Assembly: GCA_965248695.1 (NCBI GenBank)
Contig: CBDFKD010000002.1
Span: 4,576,001 to 4,640,000 of the forward strand
Direction of reading: 5' to 3'
From: Acidobacteriota bacterium
GTDB taxonomy: Bacteria > Acidobacteriota > UBA890 > WLXD01
Length of the DNA: 64,000 bases
Within the stretch, counting starts at the first letter, position 1, and each line of letters begins with the position of its first letter. Shown here one piece after another: positions 1 to 10,027 of this stretch. The notes below the pieces were generated by a model. It was not told the DNA's origin, did not search any database, and saw only the letters and a list, made by a program, of their open reading frames with translations. Position numbers and translations under genes: made by a program.

Positions 1-124
1 CATCCGCTCATCCAACTGAGTCCGGCTTGCCGACGACCGAATAGGGACCTACTGTCGGGGAAGACGTCACGTCATTCACGATCCGCCGGGCCTCGGAGCG
101 CGTGAAGCCTATCGTCACAAGGCT

Positions 125-2569
125 TTGCGATCCAACACAGAGGCGCGGCAGCGAGGCCGACCATTGAAGCTCTCGAGCCGACGTTTTGCTGCATGTCCCA
201 ACGGCGTGCTGATTCTCACACTGCTGATCGCGTTGCTGGCGCCGGCGGCGCCCGCGGAGGCCCAGTTCAGCTTCGGTCGCACGGTCGCGGCGCTGGAAGA
301 GGAGGTCCTCGTCGGGGAGCCAGGCAACCGCATCGCCCCCGGCTTCGTGTACGTGTATCGCGCTGATGCCGGTAGCTGGCTGGAAGTGCAGCGTCTGACG
401 CGCTCGGGAGCGACCAACGGTGATGCCTTCGGGCAGGCGATCGTGACCGACGGCGACATACTGATGGTAGGTGCCTCTCCGGACGGCAACGGAGCCGTCT
501 ACGTGTTCGAGCGGGGCGATGCCGGTTGGACCCAGATTGGTCGCTTCGAGAGCCACGGGGGCGACACGGATGACGGCTTCGGTGCGTCGGTGGCATTCAG
601 CGGCGACGTGGCCCTCGTGGGCGCGGCCGCCAGCGGCGACGAGACCGGTGCGGCGTACCTGTTCAGCCGCCAGGGCAGCAGCTGGCAGCTCCTGCAGGCG
701 CTGATACCGGACGAGCCTGCCGAGAACGAAGACGAGGACGGGGAGCAGGACGATGACGCCGCGCCGACGACGCGATTCGGCGCCGCGGTGGCTATCGACG
801 GCGACTGGGCGCTGGTGGGCGCACCTGGCGAGTCGGTTACAGGAACCGTCTACGTGTTTCAACGAGCCGAAGACGGCTGGGACTACTTCGACACTCTCGC
901 GCCCACGAATCCGGACGACGACGGGGGCTTCGGATCAACGATCGTGGTAACCGAAGGCATCGCCCTCATCGGGGAGGTCGGCGACGGCGCGATCGGTGCG
1001 GTGCACGTGTACATCCTCGACGAGGAGGACAACGGCTGGGTCGCCGACGGTATCCTGCGGCCGTTCGACGGGAGGTCCGGCGATGCGTTCGGCACTGCCA
1101 TCGCGGTCGGTGACGATGAGTTGCTGGTAGGGTCCCCGGGGGCCGATGACGATGGTCGCATCTATCGCTTCGGCTTCGACGAGGATGAGGGGACGTGGAC
1201 CAGCTCCGCCAAGCTGGGAACGTCGGCGCTGGGTTTCCGGGCGGCGTTCGCCTCGGCCCTGGCCGTTAGCGGCGACCTTGTAGTGGCCGGAGTACCCGAA
1301 GACGACCTCGGCGCGGGCTCCGCGGTCATCATGCAGCGCTCTATGGGTGGATGGGACCGTACCCGCGTGCTCAGCGAAGCGCTCGCCTTCGACCCTGTGG
1401 TCGGGGGGGCCGTGGAGTGCGTCGACGGGCTGGCGGGCCTGTTTCCTTGCGAAAATTTCGACCTGATCTCTTTCCTGCCCAATCACACGATCGGCGGCAA
1501 GCGTGGCGCCTGGGCCAACGACGTCTGGGGCTGGAAGGATCCGGAGACCGGTCACGAGTACGCCCTGGTAGGCCTCTCAGGACGCACGTCGTTCGTCGAT
1601 GTGACCGATCCGCACAACCCTGTTTACGTCGGCAACCTGCCCAAGACCGCGGGCTCGCCGGATAGCTACTGGCGCGATATCAAGGTGTACGCAGACCATG
1701 CGTTCATCGTTGCGGACGCCGCCGAGGAACACGGCGTTCAGATCTTCGACTTGGGGCACCTGCGCGAATATGACGGCACGCCCATCGTTTTCAGCGCCGA
1801 CACTCAGTACGACCGCATCAACAGCGCCCACAACATCGTCATCAACGAGGAGAGCGCCTTTGCCTACGTAGTGGGCGCTAGCGGCGGCGGCGAGACCTGT
1901 GGCGGCGGCCTGCACATGATCAACATCGAGGATCCGAAGCAGCCGATCTTCGTCGGGTGCTTTTCCGACGTCAGTACCGGGCGCGCCAGCACCGGGTACT
2001 CGCACGACGCCCAGTGTGTGGTCTACGAAGGACCGGACGAGCAATACGCCGGCCGCGAGATCTGCTTCGGGTCCAACGAGACGGCGGTCAGCATCGCCGA
2101 CGTAACCAACAAGCGAAACCCGGTGGCGGTCTCATTGGCGACCTATCCGAATGTCGGCTACACCCATCAGGGATGGTTGACTGAGGATCACCGCTTCTTC
2201 TACATGAACGATGAGCTCGACGAGGCAGCCGGGACGGTCGACGGTACCCGCACGCTGATCTTCGACGTGCAGGAGCTCGATGATCCGATCCTGGTCGACG
2301 AGTACATCCACGATACGGACGCGATCGACCACAACCTCTACATCGTCGGCGACCGGATGTACCAGTCGAACTACAACGCCGGGCTGCGCGTGCTCGACGT
2401 CAGCGATCCCGAGAACCCGGAGATGGCAGGCTACTTCGACACCGTTCCGTGGGACGAGGACGAGGCGGAGTACTCGAGCTTCTCGTGGAGCAACTACCCG
2501 TTCTTCGAAAGTGGCTACGTGCTCGTGACCAGCATTCGTGAGGGATTGTTCATCGTCAAGGAGCGCTAG
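125..2569 (+). CDS. Secreted choice-of-anchor B family protein with N-terminal FG-GAP-like repeats
   Basis: Signal peptide (LLIALLAPAAPAEA; true start may be GTG 206). Repeated 'FGxxVAxxGDxxxVGAP...GAVYVF' blades, then 'ANDVWGW..DPETGHEYA', 'YWRDIK', 'HNIVINE', 'YTHQGW', 'SWSNYPFF' motifs typical of this family. Confidence 0.8.
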   Translation: MRSNTEARQRGRPLKLSSRRFAACPNGVLILTLLIALLAPAAPAEAQFSFGRTVAALEEEVLVGEPGNRIAPGFVYVYRADAGSWLEVQRLTRSGATNGDAFGQAIVTDGDILMVGASPDGNGAVYVFERGDAGWTQIGRFESHGGDTDDGFGASVAFSGDVALVGAAASGDETGAAYLFSRQGSSWQLLQALIPDEPAENEDEDGEQDDDAAPTTRFGAAVAIDGDWALVGAPGESVTGTVYVFQRAEDGWDYFDTLAPTNPDDDGGFGSTIVVTEGIALIGEVGDGAIGAVHVYILDEEDNGWVADGILRPFDGRSGDAFGTAIAVGDDELLVGSPGADDDGRIYRFGFDEDEGTWTSSAKLGTSALGFRAAFASALAVSGDLVVAGVPEDDLGAGSAVIMQRSMGGWDRTRVLSEALAFDPVVGGAVECVDGLAGLFPCENFDLISFLPNHTIGGKRGAWANDVWGWKDPETGHEYALVGLSGRTSFVDVTDPHNPVYVGNLPKTAGSPDSYWRDIKVYADHAFIVADAAEEHGVQIFDLGHLREYDGTPIVFSADTQYDRINSAHNIVINEESAFAYVVGASGGGETCGGGLHMINIEDPKQPIFVGCFSDVSTGRASTGYSHDAQCVVYEGPDEQYAGREICFGSNETAVSIADVTNKRNPVAVSLATYPNVGYTHQGWLTEDHRFFYMNDELDEAAGTVDGTRTLIFDVQELDDPILVDEYIHDTDAIDHNLYIVGDRMYQSNYNAGLRVLDVSDPENPEMAGYFDTVPWDEDEAEYSSFSWSNYPFFESGYVLVTSIREGLFIVKER

Positions 2570-2570
2570 C

Positions 2571-2597
2571 CGGGTGCGCACATCTGGTGCGCACCCG
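2571..2597. terminator. Perfect 11-bp hairpin between convergent genes (possible bidirectional terminator or REP-like element)
   Basis: CGGGTGCGCAC-ATCTG-GTGCGCACCCG just after the TAG at 2569; no clear U-tract. Confidence 0.5.
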
Positions 2598-2654
2598 AAC
2601 AGCATCTCCGAACGAATCGGCCCCGGGCCGTTGTCGCCCCTGGAGCAGGAGTCG

Positions 2655-3989
2655 CTAGGCGACCACTAGCAGGTCAGCCGAAGTCATCGACAACCGTCGG
2701 CACCTATCGGTCTCGTGCACGAACGTGTCGATGAGCGCCGTGCTACCGGTTGAGTAGCTCTCGAAGTTGAACACCTGGCGTTCGGGGATGATCCACTCGC
2801 TCGTGTCCTCTTCGCCGACGCTGAAGCTCCACCAGCCGACCCAGTCCGGCGGGAAGCTGATGCCGAGCTCGTAGCCGCCGGTGAAGCCGCTGATCTCGCC
2901 GCGCTGACGCATCTGCCAGGCGCCCGTGTCCAGGTAGAACTCGCGCATGACCTTGGTGAGGTCCCTGAGCGGCATGCCGGCGCGCGCGTGAGCGGCGAGT
3001 GTTTCCATCGCCCGCCCGTTCATGTGGTAAAGGTCGGCCAGCTTCTTTGGCGGATCGCCAACGAAGAAGCCGCGGGCGGTGTTGGAGTGGTAGCGGTTCT
3101 TGACGCCGCAGATATCGCAGATGACGTGATCACCCATCTGCACCACGCGCTCCGAGGCGATGCCGTGCAGGAACGACGCGCCGCCCACCTTGATGGACGA
3201 CAGCAACCCCGACATGCCGCCGCCGGCTCGGGTCATGGCGCGTACCATCTCGCCGTAGACCTCGAGCTCGGTGACACCCGGCTGCAAGTGTTCCATGATC
3301 GCCTGCAGGCCGATGTCGCAGATGCGTGCCGCCTCGATTATGACGTCGATCTCGGCGGGTGACTTCAGCAGCTTCACATCGGCCATGATGTCGGAGGCAT
3401 CCTTGAGCGCGCAGCCGCGCGCCTCGAACACCGTCTCGAGCTGTCTCATTCGCGCCGGCACCGGCCGGTAGCTGAAGTACTGCAAACCGACGGTGCCGTT
3501 GAGCCAGCCGGCGGCCTCGAGCTCCATGGCGTGCCCTTCATACGGGCGCCCGCCGCCGCTCTGTGGGCGTCGGACATCGGTGGCTCCCGAGGTGGCCGCC
3601 ATCAGGTCGTCGTGGCTGTCGAAGTGGATGAGCGTGTCATGGTCGACATGCACGGCGCTAATCGAGTTCATCCCCCACGCCTTGGGGCCGTTCTGCTGGA
3701 ACCAGTTGAGCTCGATCCCGTGCAGATAGCACATGTCCTCGGGCATGGTGACGAACAGCATGTCGATGTTGTCCTTCGCCATGCGCTCGCGAACGCGGTT
3801 GAGCCGATCCTGGTATTCGGCCTTCGAGAATGGCGGTGGTGGGTGCTCACCAACGGTCGCTCCCGGAGCGACCTTGCGAGGCGTGAAACCGCCCGTGGTG
3901 GCGTTCGCAGAACCAGCGGCGAGCAGGCCGGCGGCAGAGGCCGCCGAGGTCGCCATGAAGTTGCGTCGATTCAGCTCCGGGTTCTTCAT
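2655..3989 (-). CDS. Tat-exported M24 family hydrolase (ectoine hydrolase EutD/creatinase-like)
   Basis: ATG 3989 preceded by GGAGGAGA; twin-Arg NRRNFM; creatinase-N-like 'FSKAEYQDRL..R'; 'LKSPAEI'; 'GYELGISFPPDW'. Confidence 0.75.
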   Translation of the reverse strand: MKNPELNRRNFMATSAASAAGLLAAGSANATTGGFTPRKVAPGATVGEHPPPPFSKAEYQDRLNRVRERMAKDNIDMLFVTMPEDMCYLHGIELNWFQQNGPKAWGMNSISAVHVDHDTLIHFDSHDDLMAATSGATDVRRPQSGGGRPYEGHAMELEAAGWLNGTVGLQYFSYRPVPARMRQLETVFEARGCALKDASDIMADVKLLKSPAEIDVIIEAARICDIGLQAIMEHLQPGVTELEVYGEMVRAMTRAGGGMSGLLSSIKVGGASFLHGIASERVVQMGDHVICDICGVKNRYHSNTARGFFVGDPPKKLADLYHMNGRAMETLAAHARAGMPLRDLTKVMREFYLDTGAWQMRQRGEISGFTGGYELGISFPPDWVGWWSFSVGEEDTSEWIIPERQVFNFESYSTGSTALIDTFVHETDRCRRLSMTSADLLVVA

Positions 3990-4178
3990 CGGTCTCCTCC
4001 GAGGCGGTGGTCGCCTAGATCGCATCAGCTGTTCGCGGCGGCGACCGCCCCGCGATGGGGGGCGTCGACACGCTTGGCGCGACACTACCTCTGGAACGAC
4101 GGCTTTTCCACCGGAACCGAGGAAGCGTAGAGGGTTATTCGATCCGCAAGCTCGACCCCGGAACCATTTCGCCCGGCG

Positions 4179-4565
4179 CTACTTTTGGCCCAACGCCACC
4201 AGGATCACGTCGCGCACGTCGAATACCAGCGAGATGAAGATCGTCGCCACCAGCAAGAGCACCCAGATGCCGTAGGGGCTTCCGACCTTGAACTCGTCGG
4301 TCCGCACCTCGCTCTTCACCATGTAAACCAGCAAGGGTGTCCACAGAATGAGGTGGGTGATCCCCAACAGGTGCACCGCACCGGTGAGCGCGAAGATCGC
4401 CAGGCCGAGCGGCATCGTGAGCACCATCACCGCGAGCACCCAGCGCGCCGCCTTATGTGTCCAGACGAACAGCAGCGACACTAGGAAGCAGATGGTCATC
4501 CAGTTGAGCCAGGCCTGGACCGCCGGGGAGAGCATCTCCATCTGGGCCTGCATGTCAGCGAGCAT
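4179..4565 (-). CDS. Hypothetical inner-membrane protein (about 4 TM helices)
   Basis: 128-aa hydrophobic ORF with plausible codon usage. Confidence 0.65.
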   Translation of the reverse strand: MLADMQAQMEMLSPAVQAWLNWMTICFLVSLLFVWTHKAARWVLAVMVLTMPLGLAIFALTGAVHLLGITHLILWTPLLVYMVKSEVRTDEFKVGSPYGIWVLLLVATIFISLVFDVRDVILVALGQK

Positions 4566-4774
4566 TCAGGGAACCTCCGGTGTCGGGGCCGGCTCGAAGC
4601 GAACGCCGGGAGCCCAGGCGGATCTGCTACGCCGGTCGGCTACGCAACGGACTCTACCGCAGCACGCTTGGACGGACACGGTACAAGTTGGATGATGGGA
4701 AGCGATCTGGACCCCCCGCACGTCGGTAGCCCGGACATGCCGGTCTACGGTTTGCCAGAAAGAGGGAACGCTAC

Positions 4775-5605
<831 letters not shown>

Positions 5606-5618
5606 GAGGGTTTCGATC

Positions 5619-6155
5619 ATGACGCGAGTGGTCCGCGTTCCGCTAAGACGACTGGTACCCGAGAACGTCGAGGGCTTCGGAGAGGTCATCCGCGACCTTG
5701 ACGATGTGTGCCCGGTCGTTCGCGAAGGCGAGATGGTGTGCGATCGCATGGAGATGGTGCGTCGTGACGACGAGATCTACTCCACCAACCTCGCGGTCGG
5801 CGACGAAGGTGTGGTGGCCACGGTTGTCGATGGTGCGGCGCGCGTCAGCCACGTCAACTACCACGGCGACGCCACGCAGGCGTTCATCGCTGCCGATCGC
5901 CGGCCGACCATCTTCTTGCTCGCCAAGCCGACCGACGACCTGCAGCCGGAGGACTTCGTGGCGTTCTACTCCGACGGCTCGGTCGGCATGAGCATGCTTC
6001 CCGACGTCTGGCACACCTCGCCGTTGCCGGTGGAAGGCAGCCAGTCGTACGAGAACACGCAGGGTAACGGCTATCACCACGCCACCGTCGAGCACGAGTT
6101 TCTCGACCAGGGCGTGGTGCTGGCGGTGCCGCTTCAGGCACCGGAAGACCAGTAG
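5619..6155 (+). CDS. Ureidoglycolate lyase-like cupin protein
   Basis: 'L.PEN..GFG.VI', 'NYH.D.TQAF', 'PEDFVAF', 'PDVWH.SP' resemble the AllA family. Confidence 0.6.
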   Translation: MTRVVRVPLRRLVPENVEGFGEVIRDLDDVCPVVREGEMVCDRMEMVRRDDEIYSTNLAVGDEGVVATVVDGAARVSHVNYHGDATQAFIAADRRPTIFLLAKPTDDLQPEDFVAFYSDGSVGMSMLPDVWHTSPLPVEGSQSYENTQGNGYHHATVEHEFLDQGVVLAVPLQAPEDQ

Positions 6156-6167
6156 GCCGACATCGCG

Positions 6168-8423
6168 GTGCAGCTTGGAGCGCCGTGTCTCCGGGGACCG
6201 GCCGCTGCTTGGCTCGGGCTGGCGCTTTTGGCGCTACCGACGGGCGAGGTCGTGGGCTTGCCCGTCGATCCCCGGTCTCCGGAAGCCCGTCAGGCGGCTG
6301 GTTCGCCGCCCGGTTCGCCAGCCGTTGACGCCGGAGAGACCATCCTCCACGCGCTACGGGTTACGGAGGCACCTGAGGTCGACGGCGTGCTGGACGAGAA
6401 GATCTGGGACGATGCCCCACCGTTCGATGCGTTCATCCAGCAAGTTCCCGATACCGGGTCAGCGGTCAGCGAGCGCACCGTTGTGCGAATCCTCTACACC
6501 GACGCCAACCTGTACTTCGGTGTGTGGGTGTTCCAGCGCGACCCCGACACCGTTCTCGCCAACGAGCTGCGTTACGACCAGCCACAGATGCACCGGCAGG
6601 ACGACACCATCTCCATCATCCTCGACACCTTCCACGATCATCGCAACGGCTACGAGTTCATGTTCAATCCGCTCGGGACGCGCAACGATTGGGCCTGCAC
6701 CGACGAGGGGCGCCACTGGAACCAGTCCTGGGATCCGGTGTGGGACGTCGTCACCACGATCACCCAAGAGGGTTGGTTTGCCGAGGTCGAGATCCCGTTC
6801 AAGAGCCTGCGGTTCCGGGGTGACGGCGGCCGCTGGGGTATCAACATTCGGCGCGCGATCCTGCACCGCAACGAGTGGGTTCATGCGACGGCCATCTCTC
6901 CTGCGTACACGCATCCATCGCAGGGTATCGGCAAGCTCTCGTCGGCCGCCGACCTGGATGGCCTGGAGGGAATCGGCGTCGGTCACAACATCGAGATCAA
7001 GCCCTACGTGTCGATCGACTCGAGTGCGCGAGTGGATGGGCTGGAGCGCCCGCAATCGGGTGTCGAGCCAGGGGTCGATCTCAAATACGGGTTCACCCCG
7101 AGCCTGAACCTCGACCTGACATACAACACCGACTTTTCCCAGGTCGAGGTTGACGAACAGCAGATCAACCTGACGCGCTTCGGGTTGTTCTTTCCGGAGA
7201 AGCGCACCTTCTTTCAGGAGGGGCGTGGGATCTTCGACTTTGGTGTGAATCGTGGGAACTACCGCGTGCTGCCGTTCTTCAGTCGCCGGATCGGCCTGGA
7301 GGATGGCACGCCGGTGCCGATCGGCGGCGGCGGTCGCGTTACCGGCAAGCTAGGTGACTACAGCATCGGTGTTCTCGGGCTGCGGACCGCGGCGGAGGGA
7401 GCACACGTGCGCAACGATTTCTCCGCTGTGCGCGTCAAGCGGGACGTTCTGGGTCGATCCAGTGTCGGCATGCTGTTCACCGATCGTCGTTCCGCCGGTG
7501 ACGACGCTGCCAACCAGGTTTTCGGGCTCGACGCCAACGTGGCGTTCGGAGCTCGCAACAAGGTGGACCTGTTCTGGGTGCAGAGCAGCGATGAGCGGGG
7601 CGGCGACAGCTCCACCGCGTATAGGGCGCACTTGCTGCTGGAGAACGACCTGCTGGGCCTCGAGACCGACTGGATGCGGGTCGGAGATGCGTTCGACCCC
7701 GGCGTCGGCTTCGTTCAACGGCGCGGCATGAACCGGCGCTATGTCAAGGCGCAGGTGAGCCCGCGCCCGGAGCGATTCGGCATTCGCAGGGTCTATCTGC
7801 GCACGGAACTGGACTACGTAGAGGACCTGCACGGCAGCCTGGAGACGCGGATCTGGACCGAGAGCCTGACCATCCAGTCCGAGCATGATGACAACCTGAC
7901 GTTCAGCTGGCAGAGCTCGGACGAGGTGATTCGTGAGCCGTTTCTTGTCGCCGGGGTTCTGCCGGTGGCACCGGGGAGCTACGGGTTCGACGACTGGCAG
8001 CTGCGCATGGGGACCTCACCGATCCGCAGCCTGTTCGCCACCGTGCGACTCCGCGGCGGAGGCTTCTTCGATGGCACGCGCTCCGATCTCGCTGCCAACG
8101 CCTTCCTGAGAGCCAGTCGGCACTTGCTGGTCGACGCCGGCTACTCCAACAGCAGGATTCGCTTGCCCTCCGGGCGGCTCGACGCGACTCTCCTGCGCTT
8201 TCGCGGCACCTACGCCTTTAACCCGCGCATCTGGGTGGCAACGTTGGTGCAGTGGAATAACGTCAGTCGCGAGCTCGGCGTCAACGCACGGCTGCGCTAC
8301 ACCTACCGACCGGGTAGCGATCTCTATGTGGTGATCAATGAGCGGGCCATCAGCCCGGAGAGCATGTGGCTGTTGCGCGAGCGCAGCCTGATCGTCAAGT
8401 GGACCTACTTGCTGCGCCTCTAG
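6168..8423 (+). CDS. CBM9-like + DUF5916 outer-membrane protein
   Basis: 'PEVDGVLDE..W', 'LDTFHD.RNGY.F..NPLG', 'GW.AE.EIPFKSLRF', 'NTDFSQVEVD.QQINLTRF.LFFPEKR.FF'. Confidence 0.85.
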   Translation: MQLGAPCLRGPAAAWLGLALLALPTGEVVGLPVDPRSPEARQAAGSPPGSPAVDAGETILHALRVTEAPEVDGVLDEKIWDDAPPFDAFIQQVPDTGSAVSERTVVRILYTDANLYFGVWVFQRDPDTVLANELRYDQPQMHRQDDTISIILDTFHDHRNGYEFMFNPLGTRNDWACTDEGRHWNQSWDPVWDVVTTITQEGWFAEVEIPFKSLRFRGDGGRWGINIRRAILHRNEWVHATAISPAYTHPSQGIGKLSSAADLDGLEGIGVGHNIEIKPYVSIDSSARVDGLERPQSGVEPGVDLKYGFTPSLNLDLTYNTDFSQVEVDEQQINLTRFGLFFPEKRTFFQEGRGIFDFGVNRGNYRVLPFFSRRIGLEDGTPVPIGGGGRVTGKLGDYSIGVLGLRTAAEGAHVRNDFSAVRVKRDVLGRSSVGMLFTDRRSAGDDAANQVFGLDANVAFGARNKVDLFWVQSSDERGGDSSTAYRAHLLLENDLLGLETDWMRVGDAFDPGVGFVQRRGMNRRYVKAQVSPRPERFGIRRVYLRTELDYVEDLHGSLETRIWTESLTIQSEHDDNLTFSWQSSDEVIREPFLVAGVLPVAPGSYGFDDWQLRMGTSPIRSLFATVRLRGGGFFDGTRSDLAANAFLRASRHLLVDAGYSNSRIRLPSGRLDATLLRFRGTYAFNPRIWVATLVQWNNVSRELGVNARLRYTYRPGSDLYVVINERAISPESMWLLRERSLIVKWTYLLRL

Positions 8424-8451
8424 AGAGGCGGCAGCGGCGATTCACTCCGGA

Positions 8452-8570
8452 TCAGGTCCCGTCGTCCGTGAGGCAGAGGTTGCGTAGTCGCCTCGGCAGC
8501 TCGACGAACACGAGCGGATTGGAGCTGTCGCTGTTGGCCATGATCACGAAGCCGTAGCCGTCCTCTCGCG
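8452..8570 (-). pseudogene. C-terminal remnant of a probable beta-lactamase-family serine hydrolase
   Basis: Minus-strand frame reads EDGYGFVIMANSDSSNPLVFVELPRRLRNLCLTDDGT-stop with no matching 5' part; 'GYGFVIMANSD' resembles the C-terminal strand of this family. Confidence 0.4.
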
Positions 8571-8598
8571 CGCCTGCGGCCGAGTCTGCCGGGAAGGG

Positions 8599-10023
8599 TT
8601 ATCGCAGCCCGACCTGGCCCTTGACCGAATCCAGCAGCTTGCCGGCGTCGTAGCCGATGCCGTCCTTGAAGACGGTGACGACGTTGCGGATCACGCTGGC
8701 CGCAGTGGTGAGATCGCCTTCGAGAACGGCCAGATCTGCCAGCATACCGACCGCGATCGTGCCGCGCTCGTGGTCGACGCCGAGCACTTTGGCGCCGTTG
8801 GCGGACATGATGCGTACTGCCTCTTCGGGTCGAAATCCGGATTCGACGAACAGCTCATAGTTCCGATGATCGCCGAATCCCGGAAGCGCACCTCCCGCAG
8901 GATCGACGCCGCTGGCGAGTATCCCGCCGGCCTCGACGAAAGCGCGGTTGAACGCCATCGCGTTGGCCAGCAGCCCCTTCATGAAGGCGCGTTCCTGTGC
9001 CGTCTCGCGGGTGCGCTCACGAAGCTCCTGGTACTCCTGACGCAGGCGTGGAGTCATCATCTCCAGGGCTCGCGGATGCACGTCGGGGCGATCCGGGATC
9101 CTCCACTCGAACACCGACAGCGTCGAAGTCAGCGGCACGCCGTGTGCGACGATGTGGCGAATAGATTCCTGCACCTGTTCGCTGTCGATGTCGAGGTCGG
9201 CGAGTGTGGCGGTCATCTGCGGCGGGCAGACGTCGACCTCCTTGCCGGGGACGAAGTCGCTCATCGTGATGAACGAGTGCTCGAGGTTGTCGATGCCCAA
9301 CTCGACGGCCTCGCCGTGGGTCACCGAACACAGATGCGCTGTTACCTTGATGCCGCGCTTGTGGGCCTCGTCGATGGCCGCGCCCAGCGTTTCCCGGCTG
9401 ATGCTGGTGTAGGCCTTCATCCACTCGATGCCTTCCTCGTCCCAGTAGGCCACTAGCCTGCGAGCCTCCTCCGGCGTCGCGGTCTTGGGCTCGACGGTGT
9501 CGAGTGGGTTCGTGCTGTTGTCCAGGTACGGGCCGGTGACGTGCATGTGTGGCCCGGGGACATCGCCGCGATCGATCTGGGCTTTGACGTTGAGGTCGCT
9601 GTACGCCAGCACGGTGCCGGTGGTGCGGATCGTGGTGACGCCGCTGCCGAGATACAGGCGCGGCGCCGAGAACACCATTTGGCTATAGATCGCCCCCGGG
9701 GAGGTGTAGAACGTGTGGTTGTGCAGCCCGATGAGACCTGGAATGACGGTATGGCCGCGCAGCTCCAGCACCTCGGCACCGGAGGGGATCGGTACCTCCC
9801 CTGTGGCTCCCACCGCCGCGATACGACCGTTCCGGATTAGCACCGTCTGATCACTGGCTGGCGGCGCGCCGGTACCGTCGATCAGTTGCACGTCGGTCAA
9901 CGCCACGACCCCCGCGTCGACGCTGACGAACTCCATCGTTTCCGGGGCGAGGGCGGGCGGCGCTTGCGCCGCCGCGACGCTGGCGAGCGTTGCCATGATT
10001 AAGGCGTAGGTAGGGGCTCGCAT
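8599..10023 (-). CDS. Secreted amidohydrolase family protein
   Basis: Signal peptide; 'IPGLIGLHNH', 'GVTTIR', 'LEH', 'GVD', 'GTIAVGMLADL'. Confidence 0.9.
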   Translation of the reverse strand: MRAPTYALIMATLASVAAAQAPPALAPETMEFVSVDAGVVALTDVQLIDGTGAPPASDQTVLIRNGRIAAVGATGEVPIPSGAEVLELRGHTVIPGLIGLHNHTFYTSPGAIYSQMVFSAPRLYLGSGVTTIRTTGTVLAYSDLNVKAQIDRGDVPGPHMHVTGPYLDNSTNPLDTVEPKTATPEEARRLVAYWDEEGIEWMKAYTSISRETLGAAIDEAHKRGIKVTAHLCSVTHGEAVELGIDNLEHSFITMSDFVPGKEVDVCPPQMTATLADLDIDSEQVQESIRHIVAHGVPLTSTLSVFEWRIPDRPDVHPRALEMMTPRLRQEYQELRERTRETAQERAFMKGLLANAMAFNRAFVEAGGILASGVDPAGGALPGFGDHRNYELFVESGFRPEEAVRIMSANGAKVLGVDHERGTIAVGMLADLAVLEGDLTTAASVIRNVVTVFKDGIGYDAGKLLDSVKGQVGLR

Positions 10024-10027
10024 CGGT

